Shown here piece by piece: positions 1 through 9,552 of a stretch of DNA of 64,000 nucleotides (position 1 is the first letter of the stretch; each line of letters begins with the position of its first letter). Source of the DNA: an uncultured Verrucomicrobiae bacterium (lineage in GTDB: Bacteria > Chlamydiota > Chlamydiia > Chlamydiales > Rhabdochlamydiaceae); contig CAWDYW010000003.1 in assembly GCA_963806855.1 (NCBI GenBank), forward strand, positions 719,100 through 783,099. The letters run 5' to 3'. The notes beneath the pieces were generated by a model, which did not search any database, was not told where the DNA came from, and worked only from the letters and a program-made list of their open reading frames with translations. The translations under genes and the position numbers were made by a program.

Positions 1-416
1 GGAAGTTTTTCGAATTTCTGAAGAACCAAGGTTATCAGATTCGGCTCATTCATATCTCGGCGCCCGATGATGTCCGCTGGGAATCGATCAAGGAGCGAGA
101 CAAGACCTTCGTTCAAACAACCGAGCAAGACATCATCGAAAAAGGGCTGCTCTTGCCTCAGCGGATAACCGATACCTATTTGAAATATGCCGATCGGATC
201 GAATTTTGCTATCGGTCAGCGGTCGATCAAGATGCGATACTGGCTGCCATTTGGGACAAAAATGAAAGGAAGCTGACAATTTGCAATCCCGAGCTCTATG
301 AAAAGATCACTGCGCTTCATGATCTTCTCGCTGAAAAGCTCCATCGGCCAGATCTCTATTGGGAATCGATTTCCATCACAAGCTTTCCCTTGACGCGGCC
401 TCTTTCTAAGAGCTGA
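1..416 (+). CDS. partial (5'-truncated) protein, zeta-toxin/P-loop kinase-like C-terminal half
   Basis: Frame open from position 3: KFFEFLKNQGYQIRLIHISAPDDVRWESIKER..., resembling the LKxxGY-I-L..R segment of zeta-toxin-family kinases; the P-loop would lie outside the window. Confidence 0.45.
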   Translation, partial: KFFEFLKNQGYQIRLIHISAPDDVRWESIKERDKTFVQTTEQDIIEKGLLLPQRITDTYLKYADRIEFCYRSAVDQDAILAAIWDKNERKLTICNPELYEKITALHDLLAEKLHRPDLYWESISITSFPLTRPLSKS

Positions 417-1390
417 AGAGCAGTCTCGACTGTTTGAACACTGAGAGGCCCAACAATTTGGTGGAAAGGGGGCTTCAGAGATCCTGTTTCGAGCATCTTG
501 GTAAAGAGCTGTAGGTGATCAGAATAGATCTTCCAATGGCGGCGGCTCGGATCAGCGAGTTCAGCCCCGAGCGCAACCTGGTGAATCGACATATTCCTCG
601 CGCGGGGAATCGCGTTTTCTTCCCAAATGGGGAATTGGAAATCCTTTTCGGGGAGGATTGTCGAGAAATGGCCAGAATATCCAGTCAATTCCAGGCACAA
701 TTTTTTCATCTCTCCACCAACGAGGTCAAGCGTAGCATCAAAATATTCGCCACCGTTCAATTTGAGTAGCTCCTTTTTCAGCTCATCATGGGAAAGACCT
801 TCGTAGAACACGATATGATGTTGATCAATCCCTAGGTGCTCATGCAAAAACTCTGCGCTTTTTCGATCTCTAGCCACTGTGTAAATCGTTTTAACACCGA
901 GTTGCTTCAGGAACTGAGCGGCAAACACACCTACGCCCCCTCCAATTCCCCCAGCAAAGACCGAGTCTCCTTTTTTGAAAGCGCCCGAGGCGATCGTGGC
1001 CCGGAAAGCGGTCGTAGTGGCTAGAGGGATAGCTGCTGCTTGGGCATAATTGAGATTCTTGGGTTTCCTGGCGAGTAACTCTTGCGGAACACAAGAATAT
1101 TGCGCATAAGTGCCATTGGAACTTTTCAATGCCATGCCGTACACCTCATCCCCGATTGCGAAGTGTTTCGCTTGAGGTCCAGTTGCATCGATCACCCCGC
1201 TAAAGTCAAAACCGATAATCTGATGAGGATCGCCTCCAAACCACCCTTCGCGGATCTTCCAGTCGACAGGATTAAAAGCTGCTGTTTTGATCTTGACCCT
1301 CACTTCGCCCTCTTTGGGAATGGGCAAGGTCACTTCTTCCAGAGCAAAACAACCTTCTCGGCCAAATTTATGCATGACAACTGCTTGCAT
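356..1390 (-). CDS. NADP-dependent oxidoreductase (MDR/quinone oxidoreductase family)
   Basis: FNPVDWKIR, GFDFSG, GGIGGGVG nucleotide-binding motif, C-terminal GKLV. Confidence 0.9.
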   Translation of the reverse strand: MQAVVMHKFGREGCFALEEVTLPIPKEGEVRVKIKTAAFNPVDWKIREGWFGGDPHQIIGFDFSGVIDATGPQAKHFAIGDEVYGMALKSSNGTYAQYSCVPQELLARKPKNLNYAQAAAIPLATTTAFRATIASGAFKKGDSVFAGGIGGGVGVFAAQFLKQLGVKTIYTVARDRKSAEFLHEHLGIDQHHIVFYEGLSHDELKKELLKLNGGEYFDATLDLVGGEMKKLCLELTGYSGHFSTILPEKDFQFPIWEENAIPRARNMSIHQVALGAELADPSRRHWKIYSDHLQLFTKMLETGSLKPPFHQIVGPLSVQTVETALQLLERGRVKGKLVMEIDSQ

Positions 1391-1402
1391 TTGTTTCCTC
1401 CA

Positions 1403-2023
1403 CTATTGAAATAACAGGCTAATTAACGCCGCCAGGCCAAAGCATGCGATGATAATCCCGGCGGTCCGATTGATCCAGAGCATCACTTTTTGGCTCACTT
1501 TCTTCCTAAATAGGGTGACCCCTTCGCTTAAAATCAGCCACCAAATTGCCGAGCCCAAAAAGACCCCCACTACAAGTGCGGCGGCATCAATGTAGGTTCC
1601 TTTGATGCTCGAGAGCCCGATGCCGGCAAACACCGCGACAAAGGCCAGGATCGTGAGCGGATTAGAAAGAGTGAGAAAAAAGGTGGAGACAAAGTCATTC
1701 AAGAGCGAAGTGTGGGAGACTGGCCGTGCTTTTTCTGCGGGCTTAGACGAAAATGTCCTCCAACCAAGATAAAGCAGAAATGCCCCTCCGATTAGGTGTA
1801 GCCAAAATTGGCCGGCAATGAGGAAATTGGAGATGAAGGTGAGGCCAAAAGCGGCGATGACAGCGTAGATCGCATCGGCAAGCGCAGCCCCAAGCCCCGA
1901 AAAGAGGCCAGAAAAACGGCCATACTGTAATGTTCTTCGAATGCACAGAACACCAATTGGACCGACGGGCGCAGCAATCGAAAATCCAAGAATAATGCCT
2001 TTTAAAAAGAAGCCTAATTCCAT
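1403..2023 (-). CDS. LysE family translocator
   Basis: IAAPVGPIG, GAALAD and LSNP motifs; hydrophobic 206 aa. Confidence 0.9.
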   Translation of the reverse strand: MELGFFLKGIILGFSIAAPVGPIGVLCIRRTLQYGRFSGLFSGLGAALADAIYAVIAAFGLTFISNFLIAGQFWLHLIGGAFLLYLGWRTFSSKPAEKARPVSHTSLLNDFVSTFFLTLSNPLTILAFVAVFAGIGLSSIKGTYIDAAALVVGVFLGSAIWWLILSEGVTLFRKKVSQKVMLWINRTAGIIIACFGLAALISLLFQ

Positions 2024-2125
2024 CTTGCAATATTTTTATTTTGAGCATACCATGGATAGGTCAAAAATGATACTCAATACTGATCGAATCAATGCTGTTT
2101 GACAAGGAAATCGGAGGTAACGCCT

Positions 2126-2674
2126 ATGGTTAAAAATACTTTGAAAAAAACTGCCGAGATTGCTGCTTTGTCAGATGGTTATAAAGATATTTTAGCTTCC
2201 ATTATTTCCAAAATTAAAGCCGCTCAGGCAAGAGCCATGAGCGCAGTTAACCATGAACTCATAGAAGTTTATAGGGATATTGGGAAGATCATTTATGAGC
2301 AACAGCAGAAAGGGGTGTGGGGCGATTCAATTGTAAAAAGCTTGGCTGTCGACCTTCAAAAGGATTTTCCTGGTATGAGAGGGTTCTCTTATCGCAACCT
2401 ATATACTATGAGAGAGTTATACCTTTCTTATAAGGACAGCGAAAAATTGCAGACATTGTCTGCACAAATTAGCTGGTCGCATAATGTGGCCCTCCTCTCG
2501 AAGTGCCAAAACTCTCTTGAAAAGGAATTTTACATGAGGCTGTCGAGGAGAAATGGCTGGACCTATCGTGTTTTGATCCATCACATTGAGAATGGCACCT
2601 ATGAGAAAACGATCGCTAGTCAGTCAAATTTTGAGAAAAGCCTTCCGAATGACTATAGAGAAAATTGGAAATGA
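2126..2674 (+). CDS. YhcG/DUF1016 N-terminal domain protein (no C-terminal PD-(D/E)xK domain)
   Basis: GGAGG RBS before ATG 2126; AVNHEL..Y..IG..I, WG, FPGMRGFSYRNL, ISWSHN motifs; ends before the nuclease domain. Confidence 0.8.
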   Translation: MVKNTLKKTAEIAALSDGYKDILASIISKIKAAQARAMSAVNHELIEVYRDIGKIIYEQQQKGVWGDSIVKSLAVDLQKDFPGMRGFSYRNLYTMRELYLSYKDSEKLQTLSAQISWSHNVALLSKCQNSLEKEFYMRLSRRNGWTYRVLIHHIENGTYEKTIASQSNFEKSLPNDYRENWK

Positions 2675-4488
2675 TACTCAAAACTGATCGACTTATTATC
2701 CGTGAATTTACCGCCGAAGACCTAAATGCTCTGGCGTCCTTGCTTGGAAATGAGCAGGTGATGGAATTTTCCATCGGGGGGCCCCTATCATGGCAGCAGA
2801 CGAAAGAATATTTAGAGCAAAGGATTCTGCCCCACTATGCTCACCATGGATTTGGCCTTTGGGCGGTTGTCTATGAGGGGCAGGTCATTGGGTATGCTGG
2901 GCTCATCACTCAACAGATCGATGGAGAGAAGCTCATCGAATTGGGGTATCGCCTGCTGCCCGAGTATTGGGGAAAAGGGCTCGCCTCCGAAGCGGCCGGC
3001 GCAATTGCCCAATACGCCTTCGATCAGCTCAACCTCGAGCAGATCATCTCCATCGTCGAAGAGAAAAATGTCCGAAGCGTTTCGGTTGCAAAGCGGCTCG
3101 GGATGCATCATTGGAAAGATGCCGATTTCCATGGGAAAATTGCGCAAATCTATTGTCTGCATAGAGTGAGTGTGGAGCATTTTGATCCAATATGGGAGAA
3201 GGTTTTTGAAGCGGAGAGAAGGCAGCTGGAGAAGATTTTTGAAGGTCATCCGATTGAGTTTATTCACATCGGCAGCACTTCGATTGGTGGATGCTCAGCA
3301 AAGCCTGTTATAGATATTTTAGGGATCACGACCGATATTTTGGAAATCGATGCTTTTAACCAAAAGATGGTCGAGCTGGGATATCGACCACGGGGTGAAT
3401 ATGGGATGAAGCAGCGTCGTTTCTTTCAGCGGAAAGCGGCCCCTAAGGTCCATTTGCATATTTTCGAACGGACCGATCCCGAGGTTGGCCGCCATTTACG
3501 CTTTTGTAATTATCTCAGGGCGCATCCAGAGAAAGTCAAAGAGTACTCTGAGCTCAAGGAGGAGCTGGCAAAACGTTTTCCTCACGATATTGCCGGCTAC
3601 ATACTTGGCAAAGAGAAATGGATCAAACAGACAGATCTGCAGGCTGCCTGGGCCGCTTCTACATTATCGATACCGGAGCAGCCGAAACGAACAAATTGGA
3701 CTCAGAGTGAGATCTTGAAGGCGATGGAGGTCAACATGCATTTGCAAATGACCTATTTTGCCAAGTATATCCCCACGATGGAGATTGTCTTCGAGCCCGA
3801 TGTGACGGTTGTCCGCTCCGAAGTTCCCGATGACACATTTAACTATGTCCTCTCAGCAAGGTTTACAGAAAAAAATGGCAAGGAGAGGATCGCCCATGTG
3901 CAGAGCTTGTATCAGGATCGGCCCTATTCTTGGTGGGTAGGCGAGAGCGATACCCCCTCTAATTTAAGTGAGCTGTTGCAGATTCAAGGCTTCGAGTTCA
4001 AAGAGAAGAATGTGGGGATGTATTTAGACCTTTCACATTTTCAGCCAATACTGACTTCTTCTCTTCAATTTCATCGTGTTCAATCACCCGAGCAAATGCA
4101 AGATTTTGCCAAGGTGGTCGTTGATGTGAGTGAAATGACCGAAATTTACGATCTTGTTTACGCCCATCTGCCTCCAGTGCTCTATTCAGGCAGTAGCCCC
4201 ATGGAGCTGTACGTGGGGTATTTGGATGGGGCGCCGGTCATCACAGGGATGCTGATTGCCCATGCGCATGTCGCTGGCATTTACTACATCATGACCCTTC
4301 CCACTCAGCGGAAAAAAGGATTTGGGACAGCGATGATGAATCTTTTGCTCGATCGGGCAAAAGCGCGAGGCTACTGCATCGCAACACTCCAAGCATCCAG
4401 CGAGGGCTACCACCTCTATGAACGTTTGGGATTCCAAAGATGCTGTGAGTTTCTGGAATATACTCAAAAAAAGCAAGTTCGTTATTGA
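2671..4488 (+). CDS. RimJ-type GNAT + GrpB + GNAT acetyltransferase fusion
   Basis: ELGYRL..YWGKG (RimJ-like), HIGSTSI..AKPVIDI and HLHIF (GrpB), TLP.QRKKGFG..LYERLGF (GNAT); ATGA overlap with upstream stop. Confidence 0.85.
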   Translation: MILKTDRLIIREFTAEDLNALASLLGNEQVMEFSIGGPLSWQQTKEYLEQRILPHYAHHGFGLWAVVYEGQVIGYAGLITQQIDGEKLIELGYRLLPEYWGKGLASEAAGAIAQYAFDQLNLEQIISIVEEKNVRSVSVAKRLGMHHWKDADFHGKIAQIYCLHRVSVEHFDPIWEKVFEAERRQLEKIFEGHPIEFIHIGSTSIGGCSAKPVIDILGITTDILEIDAFNQKMVELGYRPRGEYGMKQRRFFQRKAAPKVHLHIFERTDPEVGRHLRFCNYLRAHPEKVKEYSELKEELAKRFPHDIAGYILGKEKWIKQTDLQAAWAASTLSIPEQPKRTNWTQSEILKAMEVNMHLQMTYFAKYIPTMEIVFEPDVTVVRSEVPDDTFNYVLSARFTEKNGKERIAHVQSLYQDRPYSWWVGESDTPSNLSELLQIQGFEFKEKNVGMYLDLSHFQPILTSSLQFHRVQSPEQMQDFAKVVVDVSEMTEIYDLVYAHLPPVLYSGSSPMELYVGYLDGAPVITGMLIAHAHVAGIYYIMTLPTQRKKGFGTAMMNLLLDRAKARGYCIATLQASSEGYHLYERLGFQRCCEFLEYTQKKQVRY

Positions 4489-4608
4489 GTTAAAAATTTC
4501 TTTTTTGCTAAATACTAGATACTACTTTCCCCCTGGATTTTTTTGTGGTGTTGGGTATGAACACCTCGAATGGGTGTTTTAATAGAATTTTTTAAATTAG
4601 GTGAATCT

Positions 4609-7600
4609 ATGTCTGCAAAATCTTTTTGGCCTTTCCTTTCTCTGATGAGTCTTGTGCTTTCTCTTGAAGCAACAACAAACTATACGGTGACCTCTAATAG
4701 CGATGATCCCACGGTCCCAGATTCGCTTCCCAATATCATCAACCAAATCAATTTGGCCACTTTCACAAACTCGACCACTCCTCAGGATTTTGCGATTTCT
4801 TTTTCCCCATCCATTTCAAATACCATCGCGTTAACAGCTCCCCTGCCCCCAATTGTCGCTTCTCCGACAGCCACAATTACCGGTACCATTGATGGAAGTG
4901 GAGTCTCAGCCGGTCTTACGATCGATGGGGGAGGAGCAAATAGCGCTTTTATCTTTATCGGCAATGGCCCATCTGGCAGCGGACAATTTACAGTGAGTAA
5001 TATGACCATCCAAAATGCAAAAGCAAACGGAGGCCCAGGCGGCACAGGTTTTGTTGGCGGAGGAGGAGGCGGAGGTCTTGGTGGAGCCGTTCTTTTGTTA
5101 AATGGTGCAAATGCAACTGTCCAATCGATCGCTTTTATCAATGATAGTGCCCAAGGTGGCGCTGGAGGCGCAGCGATGTCTGTAGAGAGTTCCGCTGGAG
5201 CTGCGGGTGGCGGTGGAATACACGGGGCAGGAGGTTCTGCCGAAACATTCTCAGAAGCTGGCGGCGGCGGGCTAATGGGGAATGCAGCAAATTTTATTAA
5301 TGGCGGGGGCGCTGGAGGCGGACTCATAGGAAATGGAGGAGGCTGTAGCTTCGGTAGCGGTAGCGGAGGCGGCGGATTAATCCCACCGAACGTTAATGGA
5401 TTACCAGATCAGTCAGGCGTAGGTGGAAATGGGGGTGGGCCCCTTGGTGGAGCAGGAGGAAATAGTTATCTTCCTACTAATCCTGCTGGTCAACCTGGCG
5501 GGCTCGCTAGCGGAGGCGGTGGCGGTGGAGGTCCTGATCCAGCTGCTGTTGGAGGTACTGGTGGCTATGGAGGCGGAGGCGGAGGCGGTTCAGGGAATGC
5601 CAATGGAGGCAATGGAGGCTTTGGAGGCGGCGGCGGAGCATCTGGAACCAGTGCGCTAGTTGTCGGAGGAAATGGAGGATTTGGCGGAGGTGGTGCTACG
5701 GGCTATGGAGGCAATGGACCTAGCACAGGGGGAAATGGAGGCTTTGGAGGCGGTGGAGGCAGCGGAGCGCTCGATGGTGGCGGCGGCATGGTCAGCGGCG
5801 CAGGTGGTTTTGGTGGAGGGAGCGGAGGGGCGCTCGTCTATAGTGCTCCAGTGGCTGCGGGAACTCCAGGCTTTGGAGCTGGAAGTGGAGGAGCAACTGT
5901 ATCATCTGGTAGCAGCTCTACTAATGGTACTGCCGGGGGCGGAGGCGGCGCAAGCCTCGGGGGCGCAGCTTTTATTCAAGAGGGAGGCTCTCTCACAGTG
6001 ATAGATTGTACCTTCGCAGGCAATAGCGTGACGCCTAGTGTAGGAGGAGGAGCGCTTTTAGGGGGTGCTCCAGGATCTCCTGGCTTAGCCTTTGGTGCTG
6101 ATTTCTTCTTGATGTCGGGCGGATTGCTGAATTTCGATCTCTCATCTAATCTGACTTTAACTAATCCCATCGAGGGTAATCAAGGCGTAGGAGGGGGAGA
6201 TACCACGGTTGGAGGTCTTACTAAGATGGGCCCCGGGCAACTTTCTCTCTCTGGCGCGAATACTTATACCGGTATCACCAACGTCCAAGCGGGTACGCTC
6301 CAAGTCAACAACTCGGTTGTCACAGATGTAACAGTGCAATCGGGAGCAATTTTAAGCGGAACTTTTTCAATTAATCCAAACGCCGCTGCAACAAATAATG
6401 GGAATCTAACCAATTCCGGTACAGTCTCCCCTGGAGTAAATGAGTTGGGGACGATCACCGTCAGCGGTAGCTTCACCAATAACTCCGATGGAACACTTGC
6501 AATTGGCATTACTCCTAGTGGGACTAATGGCAGCTTGTTTCTCCCTACTGGAACCTCCTTACTGAATGGGGGGATTCTAGAGGTATTCGTCAACTCTGGT
6601 GCTTATGCCGATGGGACACGCTATACGGTCATTAATTCCCCCACTACAGGGACATTTGCTCAGGTTAACCAAAATGGCCCGATGGGCGGTTCGCTCATCA
6701 TCGATGTCGCCTATAGCAGTGTGGTCTTGACCATCCGCAACAACCCCATTTTCAACCCTGCGGTCATCACATCGAGTGTAGCTCGGGCAGTGGCCAATTG
6801 TATCACCAGCGCCCTCCCCCTTACCGACCTCGATTTTGCTGCAGTGGTCGAGAACATAGGAAGACTAAGCAATACCCAGATTAATCGAGCTCTGATAGAT
6901 CTTTCACCTGTCAATTTTGGTGCTTTGGACTGGATCAATGAACGGAATAATAACTATCTTGCAGATATCTTATCTGAGCGGCTCTTTGAACTCTGTTGCA
7001 GCCCAAGAGATTGCTGTAGCTGCGATTGCAACCGTACGGTTTGGATCGATGTCTTTGGCAATCTGATGAATAATTCTAAGCACTATAACAACTTAAGCCC
7101 CTTTGATGCGAATGCAGTTGGAGTGGTCACTGGACTTGACTATTGCTTTAATTCTTTTACATTGGGCGCTGCATTTGCATACACCCACACTTGGCTCAAC
7201 TGGAAGCATCATCATGGCAATGGCGACATCAATAGCTACTACGGCGCGCTTTATGGCAACTACGAAGGGTGCTGGTTAAATGCCGATATTTCGTTCATAG
7301 GGGGCGGTAGCGATCACCATTTGAAGCGCAGAATTGATATTCAAGGGGCAGATGTGGTAACCGGAGCGCCGGTCGTGATCGATAGATCGGCTAAGAGCCA
7401 TCCATGGGGCTACTTCTTCACTGGACATCTGGGCCTTAGAACTGATTGGGAGTGGTGCTGCACTACCTTTGAACCATTTGGACTGATCGATTACAACTAC
7501 TTCCAGCGCCAGAGTTTTAAAGAGCATGGAGCAAATAGTCTCAATTTAAGGGTGAAACAGCATACTCAAAACATGCTCCGCGGCGAAGCGGGCCTAAGGG

Positions 7601-7887
7601 CCTATCGCACGTGGGTTTGCGAGTGCTCATGTTTCGCTCCTTATATTGGCCTCAGCTGGGTCGGAGAGTTCCCTTTAGGGCATTCTAAGCAGAAGGCGAG
7701 CTTCACTGGTCAGAGCTGTGTGATTGATGTGACCAGCTACCACTCTTCGGTTCAACTCGTCTCTCCTCAAGCGGGGATCAAGTGGACTCAGAATAGTGGA
7801 TTATCATTCTCGCTCGGTTACAAAGGGCTCTATAACAACAAGACCAGTATCAATGAAGTTGAAGGCCGCTTAGAGTGGGTATTCTAA
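4609..7887 (+). CDS. autotransporter with Gly-rich passenger (Pmp-like)
   Basis: Signal peptide; GGAV..FIND and GGAA..FAGN Pmp-like motifs; GGNGGFGGGG repeats; PATR repeat GGLTKMGPGQLSLSGANTYTG; beta-barrel ending LEWVF; AGGTGA RBS. Confidence 0.9.
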   Translation: MSAKSFWPFLSLMSLVLSLEATTNYTVTSNSDDPTVPDSLPNIINQINLATFTNSTTPQDFAISFSPSISNTIALTAPLPPIVASPTATITGTIDGSGVSAGLTIDGGGANSAFIFIGNGPSGSGQFTVSNMTIQNAKANGGPGGTGFVGGGGGGGLGGAVLLLNGANATVQSIAFINDSAQGGAGGAAMSVESSAGAAGGGGIHGAGGSAETFSEAGGGGLMGNAANFINGGGAGGGLIGNGGGCSFGSGSGGGGLIPPNVNGLPDQSGVGGNGGGPLGGAGGNSYLPTNPAGQPGGLASGGGGGGGPDPAAVGGTGGYGGGGGGGSGNANGGNGGFGGGGGASGTSALVVGGNGGFGGGGATGYGGNGPSTGGNGGFGGGGGSGALDGGGGMVSGAGGFGGGSGGALVYSAPVAAGTPGFGAGSGGATVSSGSSSTNGTAGGGGGASLGGAAFIQEGGSLTVIDCTFAGNSVTPSVGGGALLGGAPGSPGLAFGADFFLMSGGLLNFDLSSNLTLTNPIEGNQGVGGGDTTVGGLTKMGPGQLSLSGANTYTGITNVQAGTLQVNNSVVTDVTVQSGAILSGTFSINPNAAATNNGNLTNSGTVSPGVNELGTITVSGSFTNNSDGTLAIGITPSGTNGSLFLPTGTSLLNGGILEVFVNSGAYADGTRYTVINSPTTGTFAQVNQNGPMGGSLIIDVAYSSVVLTIRNNPIFNPAVITSSVARAVANCITSALPLTDLDFAAVVENIGRLSNTQINRALIDLSPVNFGALDWINERNNNYLADILSERLFELCCSPRDCCSCDCNRTVWIDVFGNLMNNSKHYNNLSPFDANAVGVVTGLDYCFNSFTLGAAFAYTHTWLNWKHHHGNGDINSYYGALYGNYEGCWLNADISFIGGGSDHHLKRRIDIQGADVVTGAPVVIDRSAKSHPWGYFFTGHLGLRTDWEWCCTTFEPFGLIDYNYFQRQSFKEHGANSLNLRVKQHTQNMLRGEAGLRAYRTWVCECSCFAPYIGLSWVGEFPLGHSKQKASFTGQSCVIDVTSYHSSVQLVSPQAGIKWTQNSGLSFSLGYKGLYNNKTSINEVEGRLEWVF

Positions 7888-7889
7888 CT

Positions 7890-8585
7890 CTACAGAATTA
7901 GAAAGGCGTGAAGCATAAGATCTGCGACGAAGTGAGCTCCCATCGCTGCCCAAAGACCGCGCGACCAGTAGAGCCAACCGAAGACGATCCCTGCGATTCC
8001 ATTGAGGAGAAGGACTCTAGTAATTTCGAAAGCTGTGGGCGAGGTCAGCTTGAGAGCCGCGGGCAGGTGGCCGAGCCCAAAAATTAATGAGACTAAAATA
8101 TTCGTTGCCCAGAGAAAATAGATCTGCTTATTCGCATTGAATTTAAAGCACTTCTTGAAAAGAAAGTAGAGGGCTGTAAACAGAAATAATCGAAGTGAGA
8201 CCTCCTCATTCACCGCACCATAGATTGAAGCTAGAGCCCCAGCCCAAAATGGAGGATGTGCGGCTGTAAGGAGCGAGCTATGGAAAACCACTTTATCCAG
8301 GATGAAAAGCGTCAGCCCAGTTAACAACCCAAATAGAAGTGCGGGGTAGAGAAAATTTGTGCGACGAAAAGGTTGTAGATCGGTTTTGGGAAGAATTTTA
8401 TAGCTTAAGTAGCAAATAAGGGCAAAACCTGCAGCAGACTGAAAGGTAATCAGAAGGAACAGCCTTAAGTTTGAAATGGAGGCAGGGAAAATATCTAAAT
8501 AACGGATGTAGGGGATAATGGACCACGTTCCAATTATCGACAGAATCCATAAGAAAACAAATGTCTTTTTGTGGGCTTTCATCAT
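7890..8585 (-). CDS. CPBP/Abi family intramembrane glutamic endopeptidase
   Basis: EEVSLR, FGLGH and AMGAH motifs; multiple TM segments. Confidence 0.9.
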   Translation of the reverse strand: MMKAHKKTFVFLWILSIIGTWSIIPYIRYLDIFPASISNLRLFLLITFQSAAGFALICYLSYKILPKTDLQPFRRTNFLYPALLFGLLTGLTLFILDKVVFHSSLLTAAHPPFWAGALASIYGAVNEEVSLRLFLFTALYFLFKKCFKFNANKQIYFLWATNILVSLIFGLGHLPAALKLTSPTAFEITRVLLLNGIAGIVFGWLYWSRGLWAAMGAHFVADLMLHAFLIL

Positions 8586-8620
8586 CGGCTAGCTTAGCAA
8601 ACTTTTGGATAATAAACTAT

Positions 8621-8642
8621 CCCCCCTCATCGCTGAGGGGGG
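8621..8642. terminator. GC-rich hairpin, probable terminator of the MerR gene
   Basis: CCCCCCTCA-TCGC-TGAGGGGGG just past the stop at 8651. Confidence 0.55.
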
Positions 8643-8650
8643 TGACAATA

Positions 8651-9413
8651 TTACGATAGCTTTCGCTCAGCAAAAACCTTCATCGCATCCGCCATGAAAG
8701 TGGCAAGTTCTGGATGAAAAGGATCTAGCTGTTTTCTGAATTCAGGATGCTCTGCATACAACTGAGCATACGCCATGTACACCGCTTTGGTTGCGGTATG
8801 GGTTTGCTGCATGAGAGCATGGTGTTTTGTGATGATCTTCTGCACCTCATCTGAAGCAGGATCCAATCCTCTTTCGATGCAGCGGACAAGTTCATTAAAA
8901 ATCGCGAGAGCAGTTGTCGTAGAGGGCTTTCCCTCTTTTTTCGACATCCTCAGCGCTTTTAGTTGGATTCTTGACGCTTTTTGCGACAAGTTTTTCAGCT
9001 GCGGAATAGGATTGCCCTTCCTTCGCCTTTACCAATGTAATATTGAAGCCATCGAACATCTCTTTGTCTTTCATTTTCTTTTTTCCTTTTAAGTGTTTGA
9101 TTGTTTTATCGATGGTCTTAAGTAACACTCCAATTTTTTCCCATTCTTTGGTCAATGCCGATTTGTGGGAGTAGAGAGCTGCGAGTTGATCAAAATCGCT
9201 TTTCCCTACCACTTTTTGGATCTGTTTCAGGGAAAAACCTAATTCTTTGTAGAACAAGATTTGTTGAAGCTGCAAAAGCTCTTTCTCTTCGTAATACCGG
9301 TACCCGTTGGATCCATAGTAAGCCGGTTTAAGAAGACCGATTTCTTCATAGAAATGGAGGGTTCGCACGGTTACCCCTGAGAGTTCGCTTAATTTTTTCA
9401 CTGTATAAGCCAT
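8651..9413 (-). pseudogene. MerR family regulator with TipAS-like C-terminal domain (Mta/TipA-like), one frameshift near 8915
   Basis: MerR HTH (YTVKKLSELSGVTVRTLHFYEEIGLL..NGYRYY) in ORF 8895-9413; TipAS-like LDPASDEVQ..Y..HPEF in ORF 8651-8989. Confidence 0.85.
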
Positions 9414-9457
9414 CGATTCCTTCCTTTAATATCCCTTTGATTTTAAAGGATGGCTCA

Positions 9458-9489
9458 ATAATAGGGAATGACGTATACGTTAGGGTCAA
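9458..9489 (-). promoter_or_regulatory. MerR-type promoter/operator
   Basis: TTGACC-N20-TATTAT with perfect palindrome ACGTATACGT (9471-9480) in the long spacer. Confidence 0.8.
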
Positions 9490-9552
9490 GATGAATTTTT
9501 CGGAAAAAAGAAATGGCTGATCGTTAAGGAGTTGCGAACGCTATTGGCTTTG

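Noticed and set aside
4559..4608. CACC-xGAA-GGGTG hairpin here and at 26663-26677 as a glycine riboswitch
   Set aside because: Lacks the GGAGA and CTCAGG conserved blocks and is too short; probably a simple 5' hairpin
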